Below, one piece after another: positions 13,020 to 26,160 of a DNA stretch of 64,000 nucleotides (its first letter is position 1; each line of letters starts with the position of its first letter). The stretch is from Sminthopsis crassicaudata (Eukaryota), in the NCBI RefSeq assembly GCF_048593235.1, contig NC_133618.1, positions 304,507,882-304,571,881 of the forward strand, written 5' to 3'. A program made the position numbers and the translations under genes. A model generated the notes under the pieces. The model made no database searches. It worked only from the letters and a program-made list of their open reading frames with translations, and was not told where the DNA came from.

Positions 13020-13115
13020 AGTATATTTTCATTTATATCTTTATATCCCTAACACTTAGGATAATGCTTGAAACATGATAGATAATTAAATAAATGCTTG
13101 TTGATAGATTCATTA
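13020..13115 (+). mobile_element. L2 3' tail
   Basis: TCTTTATATCCCTAACACTTAGGATAATGCTTG...AATAAATGCTTGTTGA. Confidence 0.6.
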
Positions 13116-13229
13116 ATTTATCCTATTTCATACTGACCCTTTTCAGTTTCTCAGGACTTATTAAAATTTGTGCTTTAGCCTGTAGAACCTGTGTCACTTC
13201 CATATTATGAGATATCAGACTAATATCTC

Positions 13230-13365
13230 AATGAAAGAATGGATGAAAAATATTAAGTACATATCATATCCAAAGCACTGGGCTAAATGGTGAGCATATA
13301 AATAAAAAATCTTCCTTTACAATGCTCACATTTTATTTAGGGAGATAACACATGGGAGAGTTCAA
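13230..13365 (-). mobile_element. L2 3' tail
   Basis: ATTAAGTACATATCATATCCAAAGCACTGGGCTAAATG...GCTCACATTTTATTTAGGGAGATAAC. Confidence 0.55.
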
Positions 13366-13433
13366 TAACAAGTTAGAAAAGTTCCATTATTCTTAGGGTG
13401 AGTTAGCAAAGCATGTTATAATTCTTATTCTTT

Positions 13434-13670
13434 TTTTTAATAGTTTTTATTTACCAGATATATGCATGGGTAATTTTACAACACTGACAATTGCCAAACC
13501 TTTTATTCTAATTTTTCCCCTCCTTCCCCCCCCCCATGGCAGGTTGACCAATACATGTTAAATATGTTAAATTATAAATTAAATACAATATATGTATACA
13601 TGTCCAAACAGTTATTTTGCTTTACAAAAAGAATAGGACTTTGAAATAGTGTACAATTAGCCTGTGAAGG
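13434..13670 (-). mobile_element. Young 5'-truncated L1 with perfect 16-bp TSD
   Basis: TSD ATAATTCTTATTCTTT at 13418-13433 and 13671-13686. Short poly-T, and a little-decayed L1 3' UTR (TTTTTATTTACCAGATATATGCATGGGTAATTTTACAAC). Confidence 0.92.
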
Positions 13671-14222
13671 ATAATTCTTATTCTTTAATGCCATTTCCAC
13701 TGATAAGATTATATATAGTTTCATTTTTGAATGATTTAAGAATGCCAAAGATTTTGCTGATGACAGCTTTTTTTTCTAGGTTTTCAGTAGATATGGTTTA
13801 GTATCTGCAGTAATATTTGCCAAGCTGCATCTCCACAGGGATTGTTTGCTAGGGATGATGATGTCTGAATGTATTGGGTTAGAAACAGAGCTATTAGGAT
13901 CATTATTGATTCAAGGTCCTGAGTTATATCCATCAGGGTGTCAGAATAGATGATGGTCAAGTTGGTAGTAGGGGACTTGCCTTCTATGTCTTTCTCAGAG
14001 TACTTTGATGTTTCTGCTACGATCACTTACCAGCTTTGTGAATGGCAATTGGTTTTCAGTTGATGAAAATGCTGGTCCTTTTCCATAGGAATTGCTTCCC
14101 TGGATAAAAGATGGAAGGACCTTGAATAATAGAAATTTACCAGCTACTTGGAAGTTGTTTTCTTTGAAGGTTTAGAAAATCAAATTTAGGGCAAGTGATG
14201 GAAAGTTCTATTATGCTCAAGG

Positions 14223-14224
<2 letters not shown>

Positions 14225-14265
<41 letters not shown>
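14225..14265. repeat. (TAA)13 microsatellite
   Basis: Read directly from the sequence. Confidence 0.95.
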
Positions 14266-14266
<1 letters not shown>

Positions 14267-14369
14267 CGAATTACTCAAGCACTTACGAAATTACTATCAT
14301 GTTCTAGATATCATGCTAAGAACTAGAAATACAACTGAAATATTACCTATGGACAAGAAGACTATATTC

Positions 14370-14640
14370 AAATAGAGGAGATATTCATTAAAGTTTGCAA
14401 AACACTTTACATATTTTATCTCATTGGATACACTATCATAGATTGGGTGCTATCATCCTATTCTTTCTCTCATTTTCTCTTTCTTTTTTTTTTTTCAGAG
14501 GAGAAAACCGTGACTCAAAGAGGTGAATTACTTTGGAAATCTCACATAGTTATGAAGTGACAGAGGAGAGTTTCAAAATGAGGTCTTTCTGACTGCAAGA
14601 CCAATATTCCAACCACTATACCACACTGCTTACTCAGGTT
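14370..14640 (-). mobile_element. MIR
   Basis: GTTTGCAAAACACTTTACATATTTTATCTCATT...GAGGTCTTTCTGACT...ACCACTATACCACACTGC. Confidence 0.65.
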
Positions 14641-16289
14641 ATAATATGTTATACCACTCCCCTACATATTGCTCTGGCTGAAAATACTTTTTTTAAATGG
14701 TTCAAAAATTTGGCTAATAGTTTCAATGTTAGCTATCCTATTTTTAGATCAGGCTATAGCTATAATTTAAAAAGTGAAGATAATTCTCTTTAGAATAATG
14801 TAGGCAAGGTCACCATATTTCACCTTTATGATGAAATGTAGATTTCCATTAAAAGGTAAGTCTTTCCTTTCTGAATGTTGAATAGGATGATACTTTAAAA
14901 ATTCAGATGGCTAAATTTAGTCCAAATAAAAGAACATTTTCTGGGTCTGTTGCCTTTTAATATGATTTTGAATTAGATAAATTTTCATTAACTTTTAACT
15001 TTTGTCTCTTATTATTTCCTTCAGAGATAATCAAACAATTGTCAATTGCTGAACTTGGTGATATTGCCTCCTATACCTAATTGTTCTACTTCAGTTGAAT
15101 TATTATAGGAAGATGGTCTTGTGTTTTCAGATATATTTTTACTGAGTAGCTCTTCACAAATGCATCATTGAGTCAGAGCAGTGGACTAATACATTCAAGT
15201 TTATATCTCTGACAGCTGTACAAGATGTTTTATGGAAAGATGTGGTTAGTTTCTTCAGTTTCACCTCATAAAATTTCCAATATTTCTCATATATCCCAAA
15301 CTTTCTTTATTTGTGATGAACATTAGTGCTATCTAAATATTCTGATAGTCACACAAATAATAGTTTGTCACATTCTTATAGGGGGCAAAAGAGCTGTATA
15401 TTCTTTTGACAGAAATGTATTTTCGAATTTAATTACATCATTACTTGGTTATTTGTTATCTTTGCACTTTCCTTAATATATGAAGGTGGTATAGCTTAAC
15501 AACAAAGAAGAAAAACATTTATATTTCATGTAGGGGTTAGACAGAATGAAGTCTCTTCCTACTCTGAGATTTTTGTTAAAAAATCTTCAATGTCCATTGA
15601 AAAAAAGTATAATTTATTGATGAGTGCACAGGCCTAGAAGTAAAAAGCTCTAGCTTAACCATTAACTTGATGCCATACCTCAAAGAAATCACTTGACTTC
15701 TGTATGTTTCAGCATTGTTCTCTGTCAAACAAGGAGATTGGTCTAAATTTGGCCTCTCAGATGTTTAGAGTACTATCATTTTAAGAGTCAATGATTCAAA
15801 GGTTTTTAGGGATTTATTTTCTCCAGTAGTGAAGATAGTGTGTGACTAAACATGGCAGGAAAAGATATTTACAGATGAAAGAGCCTATAGAGATCATTAA
15901 GAAGTCATTAGTTTGACTCACTTATTTTACAGGTAAGGAAAAAAAGACTTATGTTAGTAAGGTTATGGTAATGTCATTTTTGTGACAAGTTAAAACAGAA
16001 ACTGTGGCTAAATGTGAATTTAAACAAGAAATCTTTTAACTCTATAGATTCTTCCATAACTCTTTCCTATGTGAACAGCAAGATGAACATTAAAAAGAGT
16101 GGACCAAATTTCATCTATGACCATATAGAAGAATGAAATTACTATAGGAAAAATCTATCTCAAGGAAAGAGCACAATAATTTGAGAACAAAGGGTTTTAG
16201 AAAATGGGAAAGGGGAGGGATGGAGAAGACAAACAAATTAATGAGAAAAATTCCATTCTCTTGTACCCCCATGAACCTAGGAAAAATGT

Positions 16290-16995
16290 TCTCTGATCAT
16301 TTGTACATACCCTGAGATCCAGCAGTGTTTATTGGGCTTATATCCCAAAGAGAACTTAAAGGAGGGAAAGGAACCCACATGTGCAAGAATGTTTGTGGCA
16401 GCCTTTTTCGCAGTGGCTAGAAAATGGAAACTAAGTGGCTGTCCATCAGTTGGAGAATGGCTGAATAAATGATTGTTTATGAATGTTATGGAATATTATT
16501 GTTCTCAAAAGAAGTGGTCAGCAAAATGATTTTAGTGAAATCTGGAGAGACTTACATGAACTGATGCTGAATGAAGTGAGCAGAACTAGGAGATCATTAT
16601 ACACAACAACAACAAGACTATATGATGATCACTTCTGATGGATATGGCTCTTTTCAACAGGAAGGTGATTCAAATCAGTTCCAACGGTCTTGTGATGAAG
16701 AGAGCCATCTATACCCAGAGAGAGAACCATGGGGACAGAGGATGGATCACAACATAGTATTTTCATTCTATTTGTTGTTGTTTGCTTGCATTTTGTTTTC
16801 TTTCTCATTTTTTTTCCTTTTTGATCTGATTTTTCTTGTGCAGTATGATAATTGTAGAAATGTGTATAAAATAATTGAATTTGTTTAAAATATATTGCAT
16901 TACTTGCCATCTAGGGGGGGAATAGGGATAAATTTGGAACACAAGATTTTGCAAAGGTTAATGTTGAAAAATTATATATATGTATGTTTTGAAAA
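16290..16995 (+). mobile_element. L1 ORF2 C-terminus plus 3' UTR
   Basis: Translates to LLGLYPKE..KEGK.PTCARMFVAA.F.VA..WKLSGCPSVGEWLNK, followed by the marsupial L1 3' UTR. Confidence 0.9.
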
Positions 16996-18529
16996 GTGTT
17001 CTAGACAGCTATTTCTTCTAAGGTGCCAACTTGGAATGGTAGAATGAGCTGCCTCACTTGGTCATTCCCTATTCCAGTGGTATAGATCCGGTCTCAAATC
17101 ATATCTCAAATTTGAGAATGATCAATGACATTGGAAAGCCCATAAATAAGAAGAGTTGGGAGGTAGAAATTTTTTGTCCTTTACTGACTTTGAAGAGCAT
17201 AACAGAAAAGAGTCCTTTACCTGAAAGGCGGAACTAAACTGAGAATTCAGGGACAGAATAAAGAATATGAAGTTATTGAATCAAGTGCCCAAGGCACCAC
17301 ACACTAATCAATGGACTAAACATATGGTCCTATTTCCCATTTCAGCTCTCCAGTCATGCCATAAATGGGAAAAATCTTAAAACTCCAATCACATATAGCA
17401 TACCAAGGAATAGAGCTTTTGCCACTTTCCCAGAAAGGTAATTTCAGCTTAATAGATTTCATTAGACTCTAAAATTAAAGCTGAAAGCATTTCTAACAGC
17501 ATCACTGGGGAGCACAACACAACATGGATTAAAAAAAAAATTGTTTCAACCTAAACTTTTCTTTACTTAGTTCAGTCTCATTACTCTTAGTTTTACCCCT
17601 TTGGACTACTCTAAACAATTCTTCTCTTCTTCAGTGTTTATATCCTTTCAAACACTTGCATTAATTTAATAAAATCTACAGGAGGGCGGGACCTTTCTTG
17701 CTATGTTAGGATATTTAACCTCTGGGGGATGTCTGCTTTCATATAATTATGCATAAATTTCATATTTATACAAATATTTTGTGCCTGCAAGGGGGAAAAA
17801 TGTATCTCATGAATATTCAGCAGTGTCATTTCTCTGAGTAAGACACAAGCATCTTTCTTTTGTGTATACTAAGCACTTGAATGCATAATATTTATATATT
17901 TATTTATATGTATATATTTCTCCTCACCACCCTACCCCTGCTCTCTTTGCATAAAGCTGATGAGATTCAGGGCTTGCCAAATCAGACATTTATTTTCCAA
18001 GGATAGAACAATGGCCCAGAGCCTCCATCCAAACAACATAACTGCATTTTACCTATTCTGATCTGCAATACTTCCTCAGCTTCCTTTTTCTGTGAATATT
18101 ATGGAGTCCACAAAATTAGATGAATAAAGCTAAAATTTTGTTTGGAAGCTTCAGTTAAGTAGAATTGGCAAAAGATAGAAGGTCTTCATTTTCTCCTTTA
18201 GGGGAATGATTTCTTGTAAGAGAGTCTTATGCATGCTCTGTTTGTAAATGCTTTGAGCCACTGCAGTTGTGGTGAAAGGGGCAGCCTGACAATTCTGAAA
18301 ATGTTTACAAAGGTGCAGATTCAGATAAATAAAGCTGCCCACACAGGAAGAATGGAAGTAGGATAAGCTACTGATAGAACTGGGACTTCAGATAATCTTG
18401 TTACTTTTGGACACTACTTTATAGTTGTCATAGAGCTTTCTACATAGGATGATGGTAGATTTAAAAGAACTTTGAAAACAATGGGGATCCACAAATGCTT
18501 AATAGCTTGCTTGTGCCATAGCTTCACAA

Positions 18530-18985
18530 AAATCACAGAATTTGAGGACATACCTTTCTAGCCATGTACTGCAACCCAGGACTGATAGGAAACCCACTCC
18601 AATAGATCTCAAGTATATTAATCCAGTTTCTCCTTGAAGATTTCCTATTGAGGATGGGATGGAACCAGCCATTACTTAAATCTTCTTATTTAAAGGTTCT
18701 AGTCTTTGGACAGCTTCTCTATCCTTTAAGTAAAATGAAGCATTTATTATTTCTTCTGTATGAAAGCAAATCCCTTCTCTTCTGAGTTTGCACTTTGTAT
18801 TTGTCTAAATTCTAAATGGTTTACACCTAAAAAAAAAAAATTAGTTCCTTCATCTGGTCTTTAAATGGGATGAACTCATGGACCTTCAACCATTCTAGCT
18901 TCCCTGCTCTGGATGCTATTCTCAAGCTTATCAATGTCCTTCTTAAAATATGTCATCCAGACTAAATGTATCAGAACAAATACCA
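18530..18985 (-). mobile_element. L3/CR1 fragment
   Basis: CTCAAGCTTATCAATGTCCTTCTTAAAATATGTCATCCAG matches the reversed CR1/L3 RT C-terminal region. Confidence 0.6.
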
Positions 18986-19389
18986 AACTCAGGAAAGGAG
19001 GTATTCAATCCATTGTTCTTTTCACTAAAATTCCTCTATCTCTTTCTGTGATTGACTAGATGATGTGTGTGGATCACCAGTCTCATAACAGAAAATAGCC
19101 AAAGACAGTTATTAATGTGGGAATCAAAAAGGGGCAATTCAATTACACTGTGAGTATAATTGTGAAGAGTGAAGGAAGAGTCTGAGGAAGAGTCTGACTA
19201 TGTATGACAGTCAAATGCAATAAATCTCTTGGCAATAGAATTTACCTATTTATTAACTGGGCAGAGCTACAATTAAAGTAGAGTGGCCACAATATCCCTC
19301 AATGGTTCTGCCATCCAAGGAATTGGGTTTCTTTCCAATAGTTAAATGGATATTTCTAACTTTGTACTTCACATTGCTTCACTTTCCAA

Positions 19390-19480
19390 TGTTATGTTAT
19401 TGTTCAATCCTTCCAGTAATGTATGACTCATTGTGATCCTATTTGGGGTTCCTTTGGCAAAGATACTGGAGCTATTTGTA
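19390..19480 (-). mobile_element. MAR1 tail fragment
   Basis: GACTCATTGTGATCCTATTTGGGGTTCCTTTGGCAAAGATACTGGAG. Confidence 0.6.
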
Positions 19481-20486
19481 AGTGTAATGTAAAGTAACTT
19501 TCTCTCCTGATCCTGCAAACTGACTGCTAAGGGTCAATCATTATGTCACTCATCTCCTCAAGCCAAGCATCTAATCATCTGAAGTTACCATACAGACATG
19601 TCCCAGACTATCTGGAGTAATGTCTGGCCCTCTTCTGATATAAGAACAACTAATTCTGAACTATTCTTTGTGTTCCTGTGATAACCTTTTTGTCCTTCTA
19701 CACATAACCTCCATCTTTCTATTTTTGCCCCTAGGTCAATATATTCCAAGCTTACACCTCTTGGTCAGAGGCCCTCTATGTTTCTTTTAAAATCTTTAGA
19801 TTTCTTTTTCTCAGACTTGAAGTGTTTAGCAGGATGATTTTCTAGTGTTCCTCCCCAACCATTAATTCTCTGAGCCTGACAATGAAGACAGAGTGAAACA
19901 TGGAAGAGGGTACTCAGGAGTATCTGTGTAAACCATGAAGAAAGAATTATTTAGTGGAATGTTTGCTTGGTACTATACCAGGCACACTGAAATCTACTGG
20001 AACATACTATTCTTTAAGCTATGATTTCATATAAAAAAAGTTGGATCACCTCTTCTCAGAACTTTATTCACTACAAAGTTTCATTTATATGGATAATCAC
20101 TTGAAAGATACAATTTTTTTTCCCTTTACTTCTATGGGAATGTGGTTTCTGGTCAAAATACCTGCAGATAATTAAATAGACAATTTGAAAAAAAACATGG
20201 CACACTATTAGAAACTGATCAATTTTCTTCTAGGATTTCTTACTTTTACAGTGTTCTTTATCCAACATCATGGAAAAAAATTTTTTTAATATTAAAGTTA
20301 ACTTTAAAAATAATTCCTTACAAAAACTTTATAGATATACAGATTTTATCTCTGAACTTCTTTAGAAATAACACAGAGGAAAAATTAACTAGATGATTCA
20401 CTGCTATGAGGTTTTCAGAGAAGTATTCAGAATCTGAAGTTGTGACTTTATATTCAGCTTTTGTCTTTTAGAAATCCTAATGTTGG

Positions 20487-21262
20487 ACAACTCTGAGGTA
20501 CCATCTCATACCTCTCAGATTGGCTAAGATGGCAGGAAAAGATAATGACAAATGTTGGAGGCAACGTGGGAAAACTGAGACACTAATGCATTGTTGGTAG
20601 AGTTGTGAACTGGTCCAATCATTCTGGAGAGCAATTTCGAACTATGCCAAAAGGGCTATAAAACTGCATATCTTTCAACTCAGCAGAGCCATTATTGGGT
20701 CTGTATTCCAAGGAAATCATAAAGGAAGGAAAATGACCTACATGTGCAAAAATGTTTGTAGCAGCTTTTTTTTTTTCTTTTTTTTTTTAATGGTAAAGAA
20801 TTGGAAAATTAGTAAGATACCCATCAGTTGGGAAATGACTGAATAAGTTGTGGTATATGAAGGTAATGGAATATTACTGTTTTATAAAAAAATGATGAGC
20901 AAGCTGATTTTTAAAAGGTCAGGAAAGATTTACATGAACTGATGCTGAATGAAACAAGAAAAACCAGGAATACATTATATATGCTAACAGAAAGATTGTG
21001 CGATGACCCGTTATGAAAGATTTTGTCCTTCTCAATGTTTCAGTAATCCCAGTCAATCCCAAGAGACTTTACCTAGAAAATACCATCTGCATCTAGAAAA
21101 TGAACTATGGAGACAGAATGCAAATAAACACATGCTATATTCACTTCTTTTTTTCTGCCTTTTTTTTTTTTTCCTCTCCCTCCCATGGTTTTTCCCTTTT
21201 ATTCTGTTTTTTTTTTTCTTTTCCAACATGATTCATAAAGCAATATGTATTAAATAAAAATA
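20487..21262 (+). mobile_element. L1 ORF2 3' end (Cys-rich motif) plus 3' UTR
   Basis: TLRYHL.PLRLAKMAGKDNDKCWRQRGKTETLMHCW...WRAI.NYA, ending in an A-rich tail AAATAAAAATAAA. Confidence 0.9.
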
Positions 21263-21264
21263 AA

Positions 21265-22080
21265 TGGAAACAATTTTAGGGAAAAGAAAGAATATATTGA
21301 TCTCCTCCTGCAAAAGATTCCAAAGTGAAAAATCTCAGAAATTTTATAGTCAAATCCCAAAGTTCCCAAATCAAGGAGAAACTATTGCAATCAGTCAAAA
21401 AAGAAACAATTCAGAAGGCTTGGAATATAATATTCTACTGGGCAAAAATCTGAGTAAACTAAGTAAAATTCTTTGAGGAAAATAAGATATTTAATTACAT
21501 TAAGAACTTTAAAGTACCTACATAAAAATTAACTATGAATTAGTTCATAAAACTTCATAAACAAATGCATAAAATAGCTCATTTTTGGTAGCAAAAAATC
21601 AAAAATGAAGGAGAGGTTTATCAATTGGAGTTTATGATTGTGATAGAATACTATTGTGTTATATCAAATACATCTGGTTTTCAGAAAAACTTGGAAAGAT
21701 TTATATGAACTCAAACAAAATGAAGTGAGCAGAACCAGAGAACACAGGATACAGAAAACTATCTTATATAATGATCAAATCTGAATGACTTCCCTCTCCT
21801 CAGCAATACCATGAACTTAAATCAATTTTAAAGGGCTTATAATGAAAAATATTATGCACCTCCAGAGAAAAAACTGTTGATGTCTGAATGAAGATTTAAT
21901 CATGCATTTTATATATTTTTTTCTATTTCTTAGTTTAATTTTGGTTTATGTTTTCTTTCAGAAATGATATAGGGAAATGTTTTGATGACTGACATATATA
22001 ACCTATATCAAATCACTTGCCTTCTTAAGGGGAATTTGAAACTCAGTTTTTTAAATGAATGTTAAAATTATTTTTCGTGA
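21265..22080 (+). mobile_element. Older, internally deleted L1 (ORF1 piece joined to the 3' end)
   Basis: GATCTCCTCCTGCAAAAGATTCC...TCAAGGAGAAACTATTGCAA...AAGAAACAATTCAG|AAGGCTTGGAATATAATATTC is ORF1-like. From about 21560 the sequence is L1 ORF2 end plus 3' UTR. Confidence 0.7.
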
Positions 22081-22257
22081 GATTAGAAAACTCTTTTAAA
22101 AGAAACAAAAATAATAATAATAACTTATTTAAAAAAAAAAGAAAATCAGTTAACATTTTCAAGTAACTATTTAAGGAGTAGCCTAGTAAAGTGGGAAAAG
22201 AATTGCATTTGAAGTTAAAAGATCTGTGATTAAATCTCACTTTTTAAAAGACATTAT

Positions 22258-22361
22258 ATGCATATATGTATGGTCAAGTATATTTGTATACACACATATA
22301 TATGTGTAGGGGGTGTGTGTGTATCTGGGTGAGTGGGTGTGGGTGTACATGTGTGTGTGTG

Positions 22362-22401
<40 letters not shown>

Positions 22402-22432
22402 TATATGTGTGTACATATATGTATATATATAT
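22258..22432. repeat. Compound (TA)/(TG) microsatellite
   Basis: Read directly. It accounts for four overlapping spurious ORFs. Confidence 0.95.
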
Positions 22433-23086
22433 GTTCTTAGCTCTATTATAAAAATACATACAAAAGAAGTGAAAAATGTATGCTTTATTATACACTCACA
22501 GTTCATCATTTCCCTCTCTTTGGGGGTGAGATAGCATTTTCATCTCTTTGGAATTGTCTTGAAGCATTATCTTGATGAGAGCAAGTCTTTCACAACATAT
22601 ACAATGTTGTGATTACAGGAGCTCATATTGGTCTTCTCATGATTTTCTGAAAGCATTCTGCTTATCATTTCTTTTTGCACAATAGTATTCTATTTCAATC
22701 ATATATCACCCAGCCATTCCCTAATTGACTCATATGCCCTCAATTTCCAATTCTATACCATCATAAAAAGAGCTGTTATATTTTTGTACAAATTGGTTCT
22801 TTTTCCTCTTCTTTGATCTCTTTGGGTATATTCCTATATATTCAAACCATTTAATCACTCTGGGCTTCAGGTTCTTCATCTGTAAAAAATGAAGAGTTTT
22901 ATGTATCTGGCCTTTGAGTTGCCTTGCAGCTTTAAATCTCTGATATTACTGTTCTAAATTACAGACAAGATGCTAAATTGCATCAATATAGGAAGTATTC
23001 ACATTGGGAATTCCTTTGATGAAATCTCAGGCATTGGCCCAGATGCCATTTCTTCTAACTCCATCCAACTAATACTAGAGAGTTGG

Positions 23087-23219
23087 NNNNNNNNNNNNNN
23101 NNNNNNNNNNNNNNNNNNNNNNNNNNNNNNNNNNNNNNNNNNNNNNNNNNNNNNNNNNNNNNNNNNNNNNNNNNNNNNNNNNNNNNNNNNNNNNNNNNNN
23201 NNNNNNNNNNNNNNNNNNN
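23087..23219. other. Assembly gap (133 N)
   Basis: N run. Confidence 1.
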
Positions 23220-25175
23220 ATATTATGCTATCAAAAGGTATTCCAAGAAGAAAGAATCTACTATAAAGATCTCAGAGTCCATAGAACATCATTTCATAGA
23301 TATGAAAACTGTAATTTTCCTGGTATGGCAATGTGCCAAAAATCCACATAGAAATTTTGGAAGAAAATTGCAATATTTTCATTTTATAAATAATAATAAC
23401 CAATTCTATCAGTTACTCTTTCTGTGAACTTAGCTAATTCACTTAATTCTTTAGTCTAATCTTCCTCATCTGAAAAATGGGTATAACTATTGTCCCTATC
23501 TTGTAGACAATTTAGGGGTAAGGCTTAAAAGAAATTTTACATACATACATACATATGTATCTGTATGTTTGTGGCTATGTTCAGATAGAATGATTGACAT
23601 TCAGACAGACAAAGACCTAAGTATAATATGTTTATTTCAAACCTAAAATAGTTATTATTATCTGAGATTCTCTCATCAGAACAAACAGTATTTATGAGAA
23701 TAAACTTTCATACAAATTGCATAAATATAGTGTCCATATAAGATATTAATCAAATTGAGTTATTTTCTTCTCACTATAAAGTGGATATGTCTGGTGCTAT
23801 AATAAATAGAATGAGGGGATGTTTATTGGAAAGATTTGGAATCAAATCCCTGTAAGACACTCAAAGACCCACAGGTTTATAGATTTATAATGAGAACAAA
23901 CTAAAGAAATCTTTGAGCCCAATCCTTTCATTTTATTAATAAGGAAACTGATGCCAAAAGAGGCTGTGATTTAAGGTTATATAAGTAATAAGAAGCAGAA
24001 CAGATATTTGTAGCCACATTCTCTGACTCTTTCTGTCTTTTCTAATGTGTAATGTTGCCTATGACTGGTTACCTGAACCAGAACAAGTTCCAGCTTTAGG
24101 TTTTTGATTCTTAAAACAGGAATAATGATACTATCTCCTTCACAGTGGCATTAAAGGATTGAATGAATTAATGTATTTCAAGCTCTTTGCTGGTCATAAA
24201 TATGACATACAGATATGATCTGTTATTTTGCCCATAATTTCTCAGCCCAACTCCTTACTTTTGTGCACTTTTCTGTCAATTCTTGTGCTATGGTTGACTA
24301 GTGGCTGGTAGGAAGTTCAAAAAACTGAAGGGAAAAGCATGTTGAAAATCAAGAACTTGGGGTGAGGTTATGAATTAGAATTTATGGCATAAGTTATCAC
24401 TATCTATGTAAAGTTATCAGAGGTTATCATAAATAGAGTACTATTTTTAGTACTCTGTTTTATAGAGTACTAAGTTTGCCATAGCAGACAAGCATTCCTG
24501 TATTTCTCTTAGTAAGATCACTTACCTATATAGCAAGATAGTAAGATCATGTTCCCTCACTACAAACCTACATATCTCTTTGGTCTTCTCAGAGAATATA
24601 AAGTATTCTTGATTAAAAGTCTTGCTGTAAGTACTTCATGAACACAACACATATTTCTTCCTTCTGTTGCTAGAGCTCCAGGAGAGAATCCTTGATTAAA
24701 AAAAAAATAGAAAATTTCATTCCTTATAAATAGAGCTGCCCCAAAATAGAATAGGCTTTAGGAGGGTTTTCCCTTTCATAAATCATTTTTAGGAAGAGAC
24801 AACATATTGTGCATGCAATGTAACAAGGATTTGTTTTAATTTTATTTATTTATTAGGTCTTTAGGTCTGAAAGGTGCTAGGTAGCCAATGGAATTCCCTT
24901 CAACTCTAAAATTATACAATTCAGCAAAGGCCCATGGACCTCACCCCAAGAGTAAAAGCATCAGTGTCCAATTCCTCATCTTTGGTTAACAAAGATGAGA
25001 CTTCTAAAATCATTCCATTTGCCTCCTAACTTAAAGGCCCAGCAAGACATAAAGGGAGTATCTCTGACACTAATTCAAGTAAAATAACTTCCTATCACTC
25101 AGGTTCCTAGGGTCAACAATCAGTTGGTTTAGCCATCTTTATGCTGTTGCTCAAATTTTTCTCTTAAATGCTAAT

Positions 25176-25177
25176 TT

Positions 25178-25209
<32 letters not shown>

Positions 25210-25307
25210 AACATTTGAAAAAAATTTTTCTGGTTATCACTCATGAAAACAGAATATTGTCTTAAACACATGTCTCATTATTTATCTGAGAAGGCAGATA
25301 GATGGCT
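25176..25307 (+). repeat. Local duplication, copy 1 (partner 26161-26289)
   Basis: (TA)n then AAACATTTGAAAAAAATTTTT.TGGTTATCACTCATGAAAACAGAAT.TTGTCTTAAACACAT.TCTCATTATTTATCTGAGAAGG.AGATAGATGGCT, present in both copies. Confidence 0.95.
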
Positions 25308-26160
25308 TAAGGAGGGAATACCTGGCAGAGAAAAGGTAAATCTTCTTTACAAACATTATACAGAAACTCAAAATACAGTATTAAGTACAAAGTAGGTACT
25401 CAGAAATACTTGAGAAACAGAAACTAATTCAAAATACCTCAATATTGGCTATAGTAGCATTTGAAGTTTTGACTGATTGAGTACTTCAAAATATATCCTG
25501 TCTTGCCCCTTCCTTTATTATAAGGAGTGTACCAATGATTACATTCTACACTAGACCAGTTATTGTCCCATGGTGACTTGCACTTCTCATGTGTTTTTGT
25601 TGTTGTAGTTGTTGTTTTTTCTTCCTTTTAACTCAAATTGTTGAGTTTATTTCTAAAATACAGCAGACTCCATGAAGGGGTAAAACATCATGTCTGAGAA
25701 ACCATAGCATCATATATATTGTAATGTGATAAAATTTTAGGGAGAATATTTTACAGTAGCTAAAGGATTTTTCAGCTTAATAAGTCTGTTCAGTTAACCT
25801 GTCATAGTATTTCCTTTAGGCATTTCATCTATAACAACTGTAAAAGCAAACCCTAGATATAAGGACACAAGAATTAACTAGAATCCAACTAATCAAAACA
25901 GTCAATTCTATCATTTTTGTGCACTCTACATTAATGAGAAAGAACCAAATGACAAGACAATTAGTTCATATGTTATTTTTAAAAGCAAGTTCAAAAGCAT
26001 ACCCAAGGGTCAATGAGATTAATCTTTTTATCTAACTTCAATTCCCCATATATTTAGTCTAGAAAAAATGAAAATAATGCTCAGAAAATGATCTTGCAAA
26101 AACTATCAAAGTTTTCATTATATTGTACATGCTAAGAGAAGAGAGTGGATTCAGAGCCCA

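Noticed and set aside
13784-14026. 80-aa minus-strand ORF
   Set aside because: No recognisable motif or matching splice sites, and the length is within chance for a 64-kb six-frame scan. Unresolved rather than excluded.
22237-22534. Four overlapping ORFs rich in YI/HT/CV
   Set aside because: They are translations of the (TA)/(TG) microsatellite.
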